Assembly: GCF_009914755.1 (NCBI RefSeq)
Contig: NC_060934.1
From: the human T2T-CHM13v2.0 reference genome, Homo sapiens
Strand: one strand, 5' to 3'
Length of the DNA: 64,000 bases
The notes beneath the pieces are model-generated. The model was not told the DNA's origin, did no database searches, and was given only the letters and a program-made list of their open reading frames with translations. The translations under genes were made by a program, and so were the position numbers. Below, piece by piece: positions 26,963 through 38,030 of this stretch. Position 1 is the first letter of the stretch. Each line of letters begins with the position of its first letter.

Positions 26963-28381
26963 AGGCTCAAAGCTTTGAAATTGTGTTTGAGTCCTTGCTC
27001 AAGTCTTATACCCTAATCATTTATCAGATTCTATCCATTCTATCCTCAGAATATCCTTCACCTCTGCTGCTTCCTGATCATTTCCACTGTTCTAGCTCTG
27101 ACCCTTACTGCCTCTCACATCACTTCAGTAATCCATGTTATTGCTCTCCTTCAGTACCCATCACCTCCCACCCTCATCCATCCTGCGTGTTCCTGCCAGT
27201 GTGACTTTTCCCAACACATACCCCACACGTTTTTCTCTGTTGTCTAAAATCCTTCTAGGTCCAAACTACCAGTAGAATAAAGATTATGTTTCTTTTTCTG
27301 GAATTCAAAAGTCCTAGGATCTGGATGCAATTTTACTAAACCTGCTTCCTACTGCTCCCCACCTTGCACTCTACTTTCCAGACAAATAATTTTCTGTTTC
27401 TCTTACACTCCCCGTGTTTCACCTTCATCTCTTTGTCATCTGACCCTTTGTCCTGGACTTCACCACTTCCAGTCTCCAACTATCCCAAACGCTGCATAAT
27501 TAATCAAGCCTCCTCCGCATGATTGACCTCGCTGAGATCTGTCTCTCCTTTGACCTGCTGTAGCACTTTATCTGTCTGTGGCACTGATCACTTTCTGTGG
27601 GCTAGACATATCTGTTATTGCTGCACTAAACTGTGAGCTCTTTTAGTTGTGATTTATTTCTGATTTATTTCAGTGGCTCTTTTAGACTTTATCATTGTAC
27701 ATTATATGCTTAGTTAAAATGTGTTGGGAGAAATAATCTGATCTTAGAAAAACTCAGCCAAGTAGGCAGGGCAAGTAACATCGGCTCCTTTTTGAAAGAT
27801 TAGGAAACAGGCTCAGAGAGGTTGAGAGAGTCCCTAAGGCTGGTTGCTCTCTAGTGCCGTAACTCTAGCCGAAAAACCATTTGTCAAGTGCCTAAACCAA
27901 GTGTATTTCATTGCACCATACTCCCTCTCCAAGTGGCTCACATCAAGCAAGCAAAATAGAAGACATAAGTAGTATATGAATTTGTCATAAAAGTCCTAAA
28001 AATACCTGTCATTCCTGATAATAATAATAATCCATACTAAGTCCTATAATAATCCATCTCTTGATTTTTTAGAGGGTGTGTGGGTGCGCACGTGTGCTTC
28101 TATGTGCATGAGAGAGAGATAGAGAAAGATGGCGTTTACTGGTTAGGAAAATAATTAATTCAGGAAACAACAGAAGGCCAACTGGAAATACCGAGCAATT
28201 TCCAGATCCTGAGGTTAGGGCCAGACCATGTGAAAGGACAATGATCAATTTGTACATCTGCTGTTACTGACTGCCACTCTTTTAAGAATGATGGCACACA
28301 TGTTTGGAAGATCCTTGAAAACTAACTTACTTTTTAAACACTGTCAATAATTTCCTTTTTTTTTTAGAAATCATGTTTGAA

Positions 28382-28639
28382 CGCCGCATGTTCTCACTCA
28401 TAAGTGGGAGTTGAACAGTGAGAACACATGGACACAGAGGGAGGGGAACATCACACATCGGCACCTGTTGGGAGGTCGGGGGCTGGGGGAGGGATAGCGT
28501 TAGGAGAAATACCTAATGTAAATGATGAGTTGATGGGTGCAGCAAATTAACAGGGCACATGTATACCTGTGTAACAAACCTGCATGTTGTGCCCATGTAC
28601 CCTAGAACTTAAAGTATAATAATAAAAAAGAAAGAAAAA
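28382..28639 (+). mobile_element. 5'-truncated primate L1PA 3' end (last ORF2 codons, 3' UTR, AATAAA, A-tail)
   Basis: cgcatgttctcactcataagtgggagttgaac...cctagaacttaaagtataataataaaaaag; 16-bp TSD agaaatcatgtttgaa (28366-81) / agaaatcatatttgaa (28640-55). Confidence 0.95.
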
Positions 28640-28731
28640 AGAAATCATATTTGAAGCATTGTTTTTATTTCTTAGGTTTTGTTACATTCCAATAATATTT
28701 ATTTTTTTCTTCCTTTTTCTTCCTTTACCAG

Positions 28732-30554
28732 AAGAAGAAGAAGAGCAGGTGCCCACTGATGGAGGCACATCAGCAGAAGCCATGCAGGTTCCCTTGGAAG
28801 AAGATGATGAATTGGAGGAGGAAGAAATTATTAATGATGAGAATTTCCTGGGCAAGAGACCACTGGATAGTCCTGAAGCTGAAGAACTGCCAGCCATGAA
28901 GCGGCCTCGGCTATTAAGCACTAAAGGGGACACGCTAGATGTTGTGTTATTGGAAGCTCGAGAGCCACTCAGCTCAATAAATACTCAAAAGATCCCACCA
29001 ATGCTTTCTCCAGTCCATGTACAGGACAGTACAGACTTGGCACCTCCCTCACCCGAGCCGCCAATGTTGGCTCCAGTTGCAAAATCACAAATGCCAACTG
29101 CAAAACCATTAGAAACAAAGTCATTTACACCTAAAACAAAGACTAAAACTAGCTCTCCAGGACAGAAGACTAAATCACCTAAAACCGCCCAGTCACCAGC
29201 AATGGTCGGAAGTCCTATTCGATCACCAAAAACTGTATCCAAAGAAAAGAAATCACCTGGACGTTCCAAGAGCCCCAAGAGTCCCAAGAGCCCCAAGGTC
29301 ACGACTCACATTCCCCAAACACCTGTGAGACCTGAAACGCCCAACAGGACTCCTTCAGCTACACTCAGTGAAAAAATCAGTAAAGAGACTATCCAGGTAA
29401 AACAAATACAGACACCCCCTGATGCTGGGAAACTGAACAGTGAGAATCAGCCGAAAAAGGCTGTGGTAGCAGATAAAACGATTGAGGCCTCTATCGATGC
29501 TGTGATTGCACGAGCCTGTGCTGAGCGAGAGCCAGATCCTTTCGAATTTTCTTCTGGATCGGAATCTGAAGGAGACATTTTTACTAGCCCTAAGAGAATT
29601 TCAGGCCCGGAGTGTACTACTCCCAAAGCTTCCACTTCCGCGAACAATTTCACAAAGTCAGGATCCACTCCTCTGCCTCTTTCCGGTGGAACCTCAAGTT
29701 CCGATAACTCATGGACAATGGATGCCTCCATTGATGAGGTTGTACGTAAAGCAAAACTGGGAACACCTTCAAATATGCCCCCCAACTTTCCTTATATCTC
29801 TTCTCCGTCAGTGTCTCCTCCCACTCCCGAACCTCTCCACAAGGTGTATGAGGAGAAAACCAAGCTGCCTTCCTCCGTGGAGGTAAAGAAGAAGTTGAAA
29901 AAGGAACTAAAGACTAAAATGAAAAAGAAAGAAAAGCAGAGAGATAGGGAGAGGGAAAAAGACAAGAACAAGGACAAAAGTAAGGAGAAGGATAAAGTGA
30001 AAGAGAAAGAGAAAGACAAGGAAACTGGCAGGGAAACAAAGTATCCCTGGAAGGAATTTCTTAAAGAGGAAGAGGCAGATCCCTACAAGTTTAAAATCAA
30101 AGAATTTGAAGATGTTGATCCCAAAGTGAAATTGAAAGATGGACTTGTGAGGAAGGAGAAAGAGAAGCATAAAGATAAGAAGAAAGATAGAGAGAAAGGC
30201 AAGAAAGATAAAGATAAGAGAGAGAAAGAAAAAGTGAAAGATAAAGGCAGAGAAGATAAGATGAAAGCCCCAGCACCCCCACTGGTGTTGCCCCCAAAAG
30301 AGTTGGCCCTGCCCTTGTTCAGCCCTGCCACAGCCTCCAGGGTCCCAGCCATGCTGCCATCTTTGTTGCCAGTGCTTCCGGAAAAACTGTTTGAGGAGAA
30401 AGAGAAGGCGAAGGAGAAAGAAAAGAAAAAGGACAAAAAGGAGAAGAAGAAAAAGAAGGAAAAAGAGAAGGAGAAGAAGGAGAAGGAAAGAGAGAAAGAG
30501 AAGAGAGAGCGAGAGAAGAGAGAAAAAGAGAAGGAGAAACACAAGCATGAAAAA
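28732..30554 (+). CDS. TAF3: TAF3 large internal coding exon (exon 3), about residues 137-744; phase 1 start, phase 0 end
   Basis: The ORF 28659-30614 translation (EEEEEQVPTDGGTSAEAMQ...EKEKEKHKHEK) is recognised as TAF3. Polypyrimidine tract plus ccAG ends at 28731. Donor AAA|GTAAGC at 30555. Joins in frame to the 83-nt exon (KHEK|IKVEP). Confidence 0.97.
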
Positions 30555-32925
30555 GTAAGCAGTTTCTCATTTTTGGCCCTATCTGAACAGAGTCCTAGTG
30601 AGAAACACAGGTAAACAAAGCCCACAATTATATCTGTATTCTGGGTGTAAATCACCCATCACTTAAGTGGAAATATGTTTATAATGAGGTTACAAAATTT
30701 GATTTTAATTCTAAAACCCATAAACCTGTAATCAAGCCCTCAACACACTAGCAGATGTTAAAAATTCATAGCCTAAGAGGCATCTAATCACAGACTATAA
30801 ACTCTCTATTAGCTATAGTGATCTCTGGCAGCTTAAAAAAAACAAATCTGGGTTCTTAAATTGTGAATAATATTTATGTGAATTATCAAGTGTACTGCAT
30901 TATATTTTGCACCCACATATTGAGAAAGGCAGCATCCATGTTTCTAAAAGCATGCAAAACCACGGCACTATTTTAAGAGGACAGCAAGGCCCGTGGAAGG
31001 ACCACTGCCTTGGTTTTCTTTTTGGTGCGCCATTTTGGCATGTGTTTAGGATTATGCCTGTCTACAGAACTTTCCGTAGCATCTTTTATTCCTTCCGTTT
31101 TCTGCTTTAATAAGATAAGGGCACATTTCTGAGTATCTAGGCTGATCTGGCAGCCTGGTGAGTGGGCAGAAAGTAATCCCACATGGCAGAAATGTTTGAC
31201 CATCTCAGTAAGTCAGACTTCATTTCATAGCATACAGCCCGACAAACTGATAGAAACCCTGCAGTTTTGTAGGCATTGGGGCCTCAGTCCTCAGGCTGTG
31301 ACCTCTGCTTACCCAGCTTTGCTTTTCAGTCTGTGGTTTCTTGGATTACAGCAGCCGGCTGGGTTATTTGAAAATTTCTCATAAACTTTCCGAAAAAGTA
31401 TCTCTTCATAGTGCCACCCCAGAGCTCCTGATGATCCTTTCCCTGCCCTCTAAAAGTTATCTTCTTTGAGCTTGGCCACAAAATAATACCCAGTAGTTTT
31501 GTTCATATGATAAAATTTGATGTATTTGACCTGCAGCAGATATATTACCAATAAATTCGGAGTATTTTTAACTTCAAACTTACCTAGAAAACTGAGTGTA
31601 TTTGACAGCAGTAATGGCAACTCCCATTTTTCGCCTACCTTGATTTGTTCTTTGTTCTCTTTGGCTATCCTAAAATATAAAAAAGTGAAATGGGAATTCT
31701 GATATCAATAACTGAACATTGACAAGTTAACAAGACACAGAAATCCAACTCTTATTTCCATTTAAAAAATCATTTTATTTATTATTATGCAATTTCTATA
31801 TAGTAGTTGTCAGGTTTTAAAGCAGATCCATACACCTTGTTTTCTCCTCCTAACACACCTGTGACATAGGTCCAGCAGGTATTATCATCGATATTTATGG
31901 AAGAGAAACTGAGCCTGAGAGAGTGACTTGTCCAAGATCAGGATGACACAGCTAGCAAGAGCCAGGTCAGTTACACTGCAGAGAGACTTCACGTGGTGAG
32001 GGGTTTGTTGTTAGAGATACTGCCTGACAGCAGTTAGTCATTTATCCCTTGTGTACCTAGTAAGTTGGCAGCTGAGCCCTCAGTAAATCAAACAGGGGAC
32101 TGTTCCTGTCACCACCATCTTCACTTTGGAAAGTCAGTGGAGTTGTTTCAACAGCCATTATGAATTTGAGTGAAGCCATCAGATTAGGTTTGTAACAGCA
32201 GTCCCATGCCTTTCTACAGCATCTACCTGACTTTAGGGAAGAAAAGTCCCCCAGACCACCTTGGTGGAAGGCAAAGGCTCAGTCCCTCGAAGCACAGAGT
32301 CCACCTGAGAGAAAGATACATGTTCTTGGATCAGTTTTGCTGGGCTATGGAGCAGGTACATGGCAAAAGATAAAAATGTAGAAAATTCAGCTATCTTATA
32401 AGACCTTTATAAATAATAAATAGTAATGTCTATAGAATTAGACCTGAGTTCAGATCCTGACTTTTGTAAAATGGGTAAGTCATTTATATAAGGATTAAAT
32501 GAGAACATACAAGGTGTGCTTAGTACCGTATCTGACGCATAAATGTCAGTAGATGGAGAGAGTGTTCCATTCTGAATCAAACTATAAAATGTAGGAACCT
32601 GGAGATTGCTGCTCCATTGGACCATATCAGCTAGCCTGTGTTAATATGGGCAGGTCAGCTATTAATAGGTTTTAAAAATTATTCTACTTCCTTGGCATTC
32701 TTTGGAATATTAGCCCTTGATACAAATAGGAAAGGATAAAGGTTAGGACAACCCAGGGAAATGCCATTGATAAGGAGTAGAAATTGGGATAGTAACATAA
32801 ATGTTAAGACTTCCCTTTCTTCAACCCCGTTTAAATCCCCCAAGCACCACAGCATATGAGTAAACAAAAATACACCTGAAATGCGGTTCCATATGGTCCG
32901 AGAATTTTCCTACAAATCTACAGAA

Positions 32926-33021
32926 GTAAGGCACCAAAGGTTAAACTAAAGTGAGACATATCTGCTCACTTTATGTGAGCAGCTTTATGTAAGGCACCAA
33001 AGGTTAAACTAAAGTGAGACA
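32926..33021. repeat. Perfect 33-bp direct repeat separated by a 30-bp insert
   Basis: gtaaggcaccaaaggttaaactaaagtgagaca at 32926-58 and 32989-33021. Confidence 0.95.
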
Positions 33022-33379
33022 AGCTGCCCCAAGAAAATGTTTTCAGCCAAAAGAATGAAGGCCACAATCTCATTTTCCCTTCTCATCATCCTGACCAAGA
33101 GCAACTCTCCCAGACACTGACCCAGATCGGCAAGCAAGAGCATTTGTTTAAATTTTTCAATCTCCACATTTATTTTACCTGCTTATAAAGCTGATACCAA
33201 GAACCAATAAAGATGTGATTAATTAAAACGGAATTTGCATGGTAGGTAGAAGGAGCTTTGGGCTTTGGAATCCAGCAGACCTGGAATAAGATCCAGGACA
33301 AGTTTTTTAGCTTCTTTAATCCTTAAGTATTTCATCTTTAGAAATAATGATAAGAACACTAAAAACAGCAAAACAGTCA

Positions 33380-33610
33380 TAGTTAACAGTGAGTAATTAC
33401 TATGTGCCAAACACCATGCTAAGCACTTTAATTCCTTACCACAACCCTCTAAGATAGATGCTGTAATTATTATCACTTTAAGATGAGAAACTAAGGCTTA
33501 GAGAGATTAGTAGACTTGCCCAAGATCACACATCTAGTAAGTGATTGAACAGGAGCCAAAATTTCAATCCAGGCTGTCAGATGCTATAATTTATGGTCCT
33601 CACTACCACA
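33380..33610 (-). mobile_element. MIR
   Basis: agatgagaaactaaggcttagagagattagtagacttgcccaagatcacac is the MIR core. Confidence 0.8.
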
Positions 33611-33839
33611 CTTTTCTATATTATGTTAAAATGGGATAAGTGAAATCACTTGGTTGGTAACTCACCATAAGAAGTTCAAATTGTTTTTCTATTAGTGATG
33701 ATAAATCCAGAGAGTGGTGAGTTGTGCAAGCTTTTAGTTCCCCTTCGTGGGCAGTCAGACACCTAGTCAGGGTTGGGACTCTAGACTGTCACTTATTTAA
33801 AATAGAACCACATTAACTTTTTATAAAACACATGTTAAT

Positions 33840-34116
33840 GGCCAGGTGCAGTGGCTCATGCTCCCAATAGTTTAGGAGGCCAAGGCAGGAGGATTACTTG
33901 AGGCCAGGAATTTGAGACCAGCCCAGGCAACATAGTGAGACTGTCTCTCCAAAACAAACAAACAAACAAACAAACAAACAAAAACCTATTTTTTAAATTA
34001 ACTAGGCATGGTGTTGCACATCTGGAGTCTCAGCTGCTTGGGAGGCTAAGGCGGGAGGATAGCACCACTGCACTTCAGCTTGGGCAACAGAGTGAGACCC
34101 TGTCTTAAAAAAAAAA
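33840..34116 (+). mobile_element. AluJ with internal deletions and a (CAAA)n linker
   Basis: Degenerate dimer; TSD-like acatgttaa on both sides. Confidence 0.88.
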
Positions 34117-37100
34117 GACATGTTAAGAGCACTTATATTATCCAATTGCAGTCACAGCCATAATAGCTGTAGCAGTGATAAATCTAACATTACATTTCAG
34201 AACAGTTTAAAATTGCTATTAATACTGTCACATTTGGGATTAAGTACAATTTTTAAAAATGTTTTATTAAAATTTTGGTTTCTGTGTGGGTTGGTGTATA
34301 TATTGCATGGATCTTTGGGGTTTAGATGAGTATACAGGATTACTTTAATTACAATTCCCTCTTGTTCTTTTAAGTGATTTTTGGAGGGAGGATCATTTTG
34401 AAAAAATAAATGCATTTTTAAATTTATGTTAGTGGAACTGGATGGTTATACCTATATTCTTAAATAGAAAGTAAGCCAAAATCCATCTGTCAAAGTGGGG
34501 GATCTGTTTTTACATTCGAATATGATCTGGAAAGGCACAGTAGAGTTTCACCCCAAAAATGCTGACATCACCCACCATCTGTAGATAAGTAAGTCCAGTG
34601 CTGGCTGAGGGAGCATGGCTTTGGCAGCCACACTGACCGGGGTGGAAATTCCAGCTCTGCCACTTACTCGTTATTCACCAACCTCCCATCCTCGCAGACC
34701 CTCTGCTTCCTTCCTCCGTCTCCTTCCTCCCATTCAAAACTAGGAAGAGACAGCAGCATTCTAAAGTTTAACTTATCTCTGCTTAAAAACAGTAGTTTCA
34801 TACCTTCTCGAAGAATATTCTGGCTTCAGAGGCTTTCTCTTCTGCCTTCTCTTAGAAAACAATAAATGAAGAGCAGTTTGTGTCATTTAATTAAGATAAG
34901 TAGAGGACTACAACAGTTCCTGAATTTTCATACACATATCCAATAGTGTTGATGATCAACCCCTGCATAATTGGGAGTTGTCGACAATGGAAAGCCCATA
35001 AATTCTAGAAAGGATTCTCAACATTTTTTATCCTGTTGATTGAGGAATTGTTTTATTTGAACTTTGGCTACTGAATAAACTAACTCGATAGTCAACAGTG
35101 TTAGCATCTACCACCTCTTGAGTGCCTACAGGTTCCAGGCCTTGCCAGAATTCAATGATTTAATTCTCCCAACAGCTCTGAGGGTTTGGTATAGTGGTTC
35201 CTGTTTTACAGTTGAGAAAACTGCACAGAAAGGTCGAGTACCTTGCTGTAGCCAGTGAGGGGAGGGGGCCCAGGCCTGTCTGCCCGAGGCCTGTGTTGTT
35301 TACTGCCCAGAATGGCCTTCTCAGCCACTTACCTCAGTCTGCTTTGGTGACCTAAGTGACAAATGCAAATGAGGGGGATAGGAATGGTTTGATGCTTGAT
35401 GGCAAGGGCACATCATGATTTTATAAAATGTTAGTTCCTGGAGATACCTTAGAGAGCACCTGTTTAACCGCCATATTTTAAAGAGCAGGAAAGGGATATC
35501 CTTTACACTTTGATGACTTTAGCAATCAGAACAATTAAAATTTTTAATGTTTCTTTATCCCCAAGTCCTGTAGGATTTGCCCCCAAATAATCTTTTATTA
35601 AATTTAAACGGTTTGTTCTTTAGAGAATGATAAATCATCTAATTGGTTTGTACCTTTAAGGAAGGGTTTTCATCCTTTTCCTCTTTTGTTTAAAGTAATG
35701 TAGTCTCATTCCAAGTCTTTTCTCATCAGCTATTGTAATTAATTCGTGAAATGAAGGGTTTTTTTTGTAAATAAACCCAATAAAGGGGAGGGAAATGTTT
35801 CCTTCCTGTTTCTCATAACTGTATGTTCCAAGAGAAAACAAGAAACTTAATGTTTAAATGAGTATATTTAAATTTGTAGTTCACCCAAGGCCAGCTCCCA
35901 GCCTTTCTGACTCTACACTCTGAGCACGGACGGGAAAGCTCATATTCTGTCTCAGCTGTCTACATGGGGTGGCACTTGTTATACTTAACCACAACTGCAC
36001 ATCTTCTGACTCTCTGTTTAATATTTTAAATAGTTATCAGAGTTTACTTAGACTGTGTTTCTAAATGGAAATAATGTAAAGACCTTAATTGCTGAGAAAT
36101 ACAAGATGGTTACAGCCATAGTTCAGCATCCAAATGTTAGGTTATTCTGTTGAGCTTTCATCAGTACTATTTGTGAGTTTTTTTCTAACATACCGGCATA
36201 GATGGGAATCTGAACTAGCGCTTGCTAAATTTGCTGCTACCCTAGCTAGTATACATATATGGTGTTTTTTTTTTTTTTAATGAAAGGAGTTTAACATTAA
36301 AAGAATAAAAAAATAAAAAACCTTGGACAGATTATATTGACAAAGCTGCCCATTACCTTTGCAGAAAGTCCCTGTCAAAAGATAAACTTTAAAGCTGGAA
36401 TGCATGAAAGAGTTCCAAGATAGAATTTAAATTTGAACTGATTCTTTATAGATAAGCTTTTTAAAAATCCACCTCTTTGCTTCAAGTCAGGATTTTAAAA
36501 ATAAATTTCCCCTTTAAATCTCTTGAGCGATTTTCATTTTTTGCAAGGCCGCACTGCTGGTGTCCTGGAAAAATGGAGAGTTAGAGCTTTATCAGTTGGT
36601 GCCCTGAGGTGTGTGGCGAAGAAGCTAAATCCTTGAAGATTAACAAAAAAAATGCAGCACATGGCAATAAGGGGCTTATATGACTACTAGTATTAGTTCA
36701 GGTGAAAGAAGTATTGCTTCTACATAAAACTGGACAAATCCACTGACAATGTATTTTTAGTTACCTACAAAGGAGTCTTATATTGCTGGACTTTACCTCT
36801 TTGGTGAATTGGGAAGCTTAGTAATCCACTGTAAATGCTCTTCTGTGTGCCCCAATTCTCAGCATTACTCCAAAGTGCTGTTCTTTTATTTTAACCCTTA
36901 AAAGCTCATCGTGGCCCCAGATTTTGGCTTGATGCCATTAAAAGATGGCATTAGTCATGTTGTCTAAGTGATTGAAGTCATCCTTTTGTTTGTTGTTTTT
37001 GGTAAGTGCATGTGAGAAATTATTTTATGATTGTAGGAAATGCCTCTGTTTTTATTTTGGTGAGCACACAGATAAAGTTAATGGAAACAAAAATCCGGGA

Positions 37101-37249
37101 AGAAATTTTAATTTCGAAATTGTACTTTCTGTATGTATATTATTAGCATCCTCATTAATCTTTTTCTACAATCCCTTGAATTTTCTCAAGTTAAATCTAA
37201 TTTAACTTGTTTTTAGGAATGAAATAAAAGTATTTAAGTAGTTTTTAGA

Positions 37250-37345
37250 TATATCCTGGTTTGCCTGGGACAATCCCAGTTATGTGGTATAATTAATAGC
37301 TCCCTCTTTTCCTGTCAGAGGCATCTGTGTTTAGATGATACAAAC
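37250..37345. mobile_element. MER94-like hAT fragment
   Basis: tatatcctggtttgcctgggacaatcccagtt. Confidence 0.5.
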
Positions 37346-37804
37346 ACTGTAATTACAGATGAAACTTTGAGCCGAGATAGCAGGTTGTGAATCATTCATT
37401 AATTCAACCAGTTGACTGAATACCTGTTGCCTTCCGGGCACATTTATACCATTTTAAATCTCACTTATGTGTTTCCACTTTTGTTTACTTAATTTTTACA
37501 TATTGTATTATTTAGGGTTTTTTTATAGTAGATAATAAACAGACCATTTCTTGATTCCTTTGTCCTGCCAAGCCATTTAAGACAGCGTTGAAAACCCAGC
37601 TAGTTTGGTTGAGTGAAGGTGGGGCCAAGGTTAATGTCAGTTTCCATATAAACTAGTTAGCCTCCCATGGAGAACAAAATTTACAACTAACCCCAGCCAT
37701 CTCACAAATATTTATCATAAGAGATATTGACAAATAAAGTGAATAGCTCCATGTAAGCCATCAATATTACCAGAAAAAGGACTCACAATGTGCGTCAGAG
37801 AGTT

Positions 37805-38030
37805 AAGGAGCAGTAGGGTGAACAGGGGATGAATTTGGTGTCAGGAGACCTGGATTTAGGCCATTTACTTACTAACTTTGTAACTCTAGGTAAAGCACTT
37901 ACTCCTTCTGAGCTCTTACATGGGAATAACACCATCCACACCTACCCTATAGAGTTGTGAAGATAGAGTTGAATAATGTAAATAGGACACAGTTCACCAA
38001 GTGCTATACAAGTGTAAGTTATCATTATTG
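37805..38030 (+). mobile_element. MIR
   Basis: tttggtgtcaggagacctggattt...ccatttacttactaactttgtaactctaggtaa...cctaccctatagagttgtgaagat. Confidence 0.7.

Noticed and set aside
30354-30368. LxxLL nuclear-receptor box (LPSLL)
   Set aside because: Embedded among prolines, so a helix is unlikely.
28659-30614. 651-aa ORF as a standalone single-exon gene
   Set aside because: It starts at TTG in the intronic pyrimidine tract and runs past a canonical donor. It is an internal exon plus open intron flanks.
30555-30616. Alternative donor CAG|GTAAAC at 30611 or exon 3 read-through
   Set aside because: Weaker +4/+5 match, and a 56-nt extension would frameshift. No clear canonical poly(A) signal close by. 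No support from sequence alone.
28682-30655. Long antisense ORFs (F/S/L-rich) over exon 3
   Set aside because: Shadow ORFs. The purine-rich sense strand leaves few stop codons on the complement.
32926-33021. Mini-CRISPR geometry (33-bp repeat, 30-bp spacer, repeat)
   Set aside because: Only two repeats, and the spacer is built from adjacent sequence. Better explained as a repair scar.
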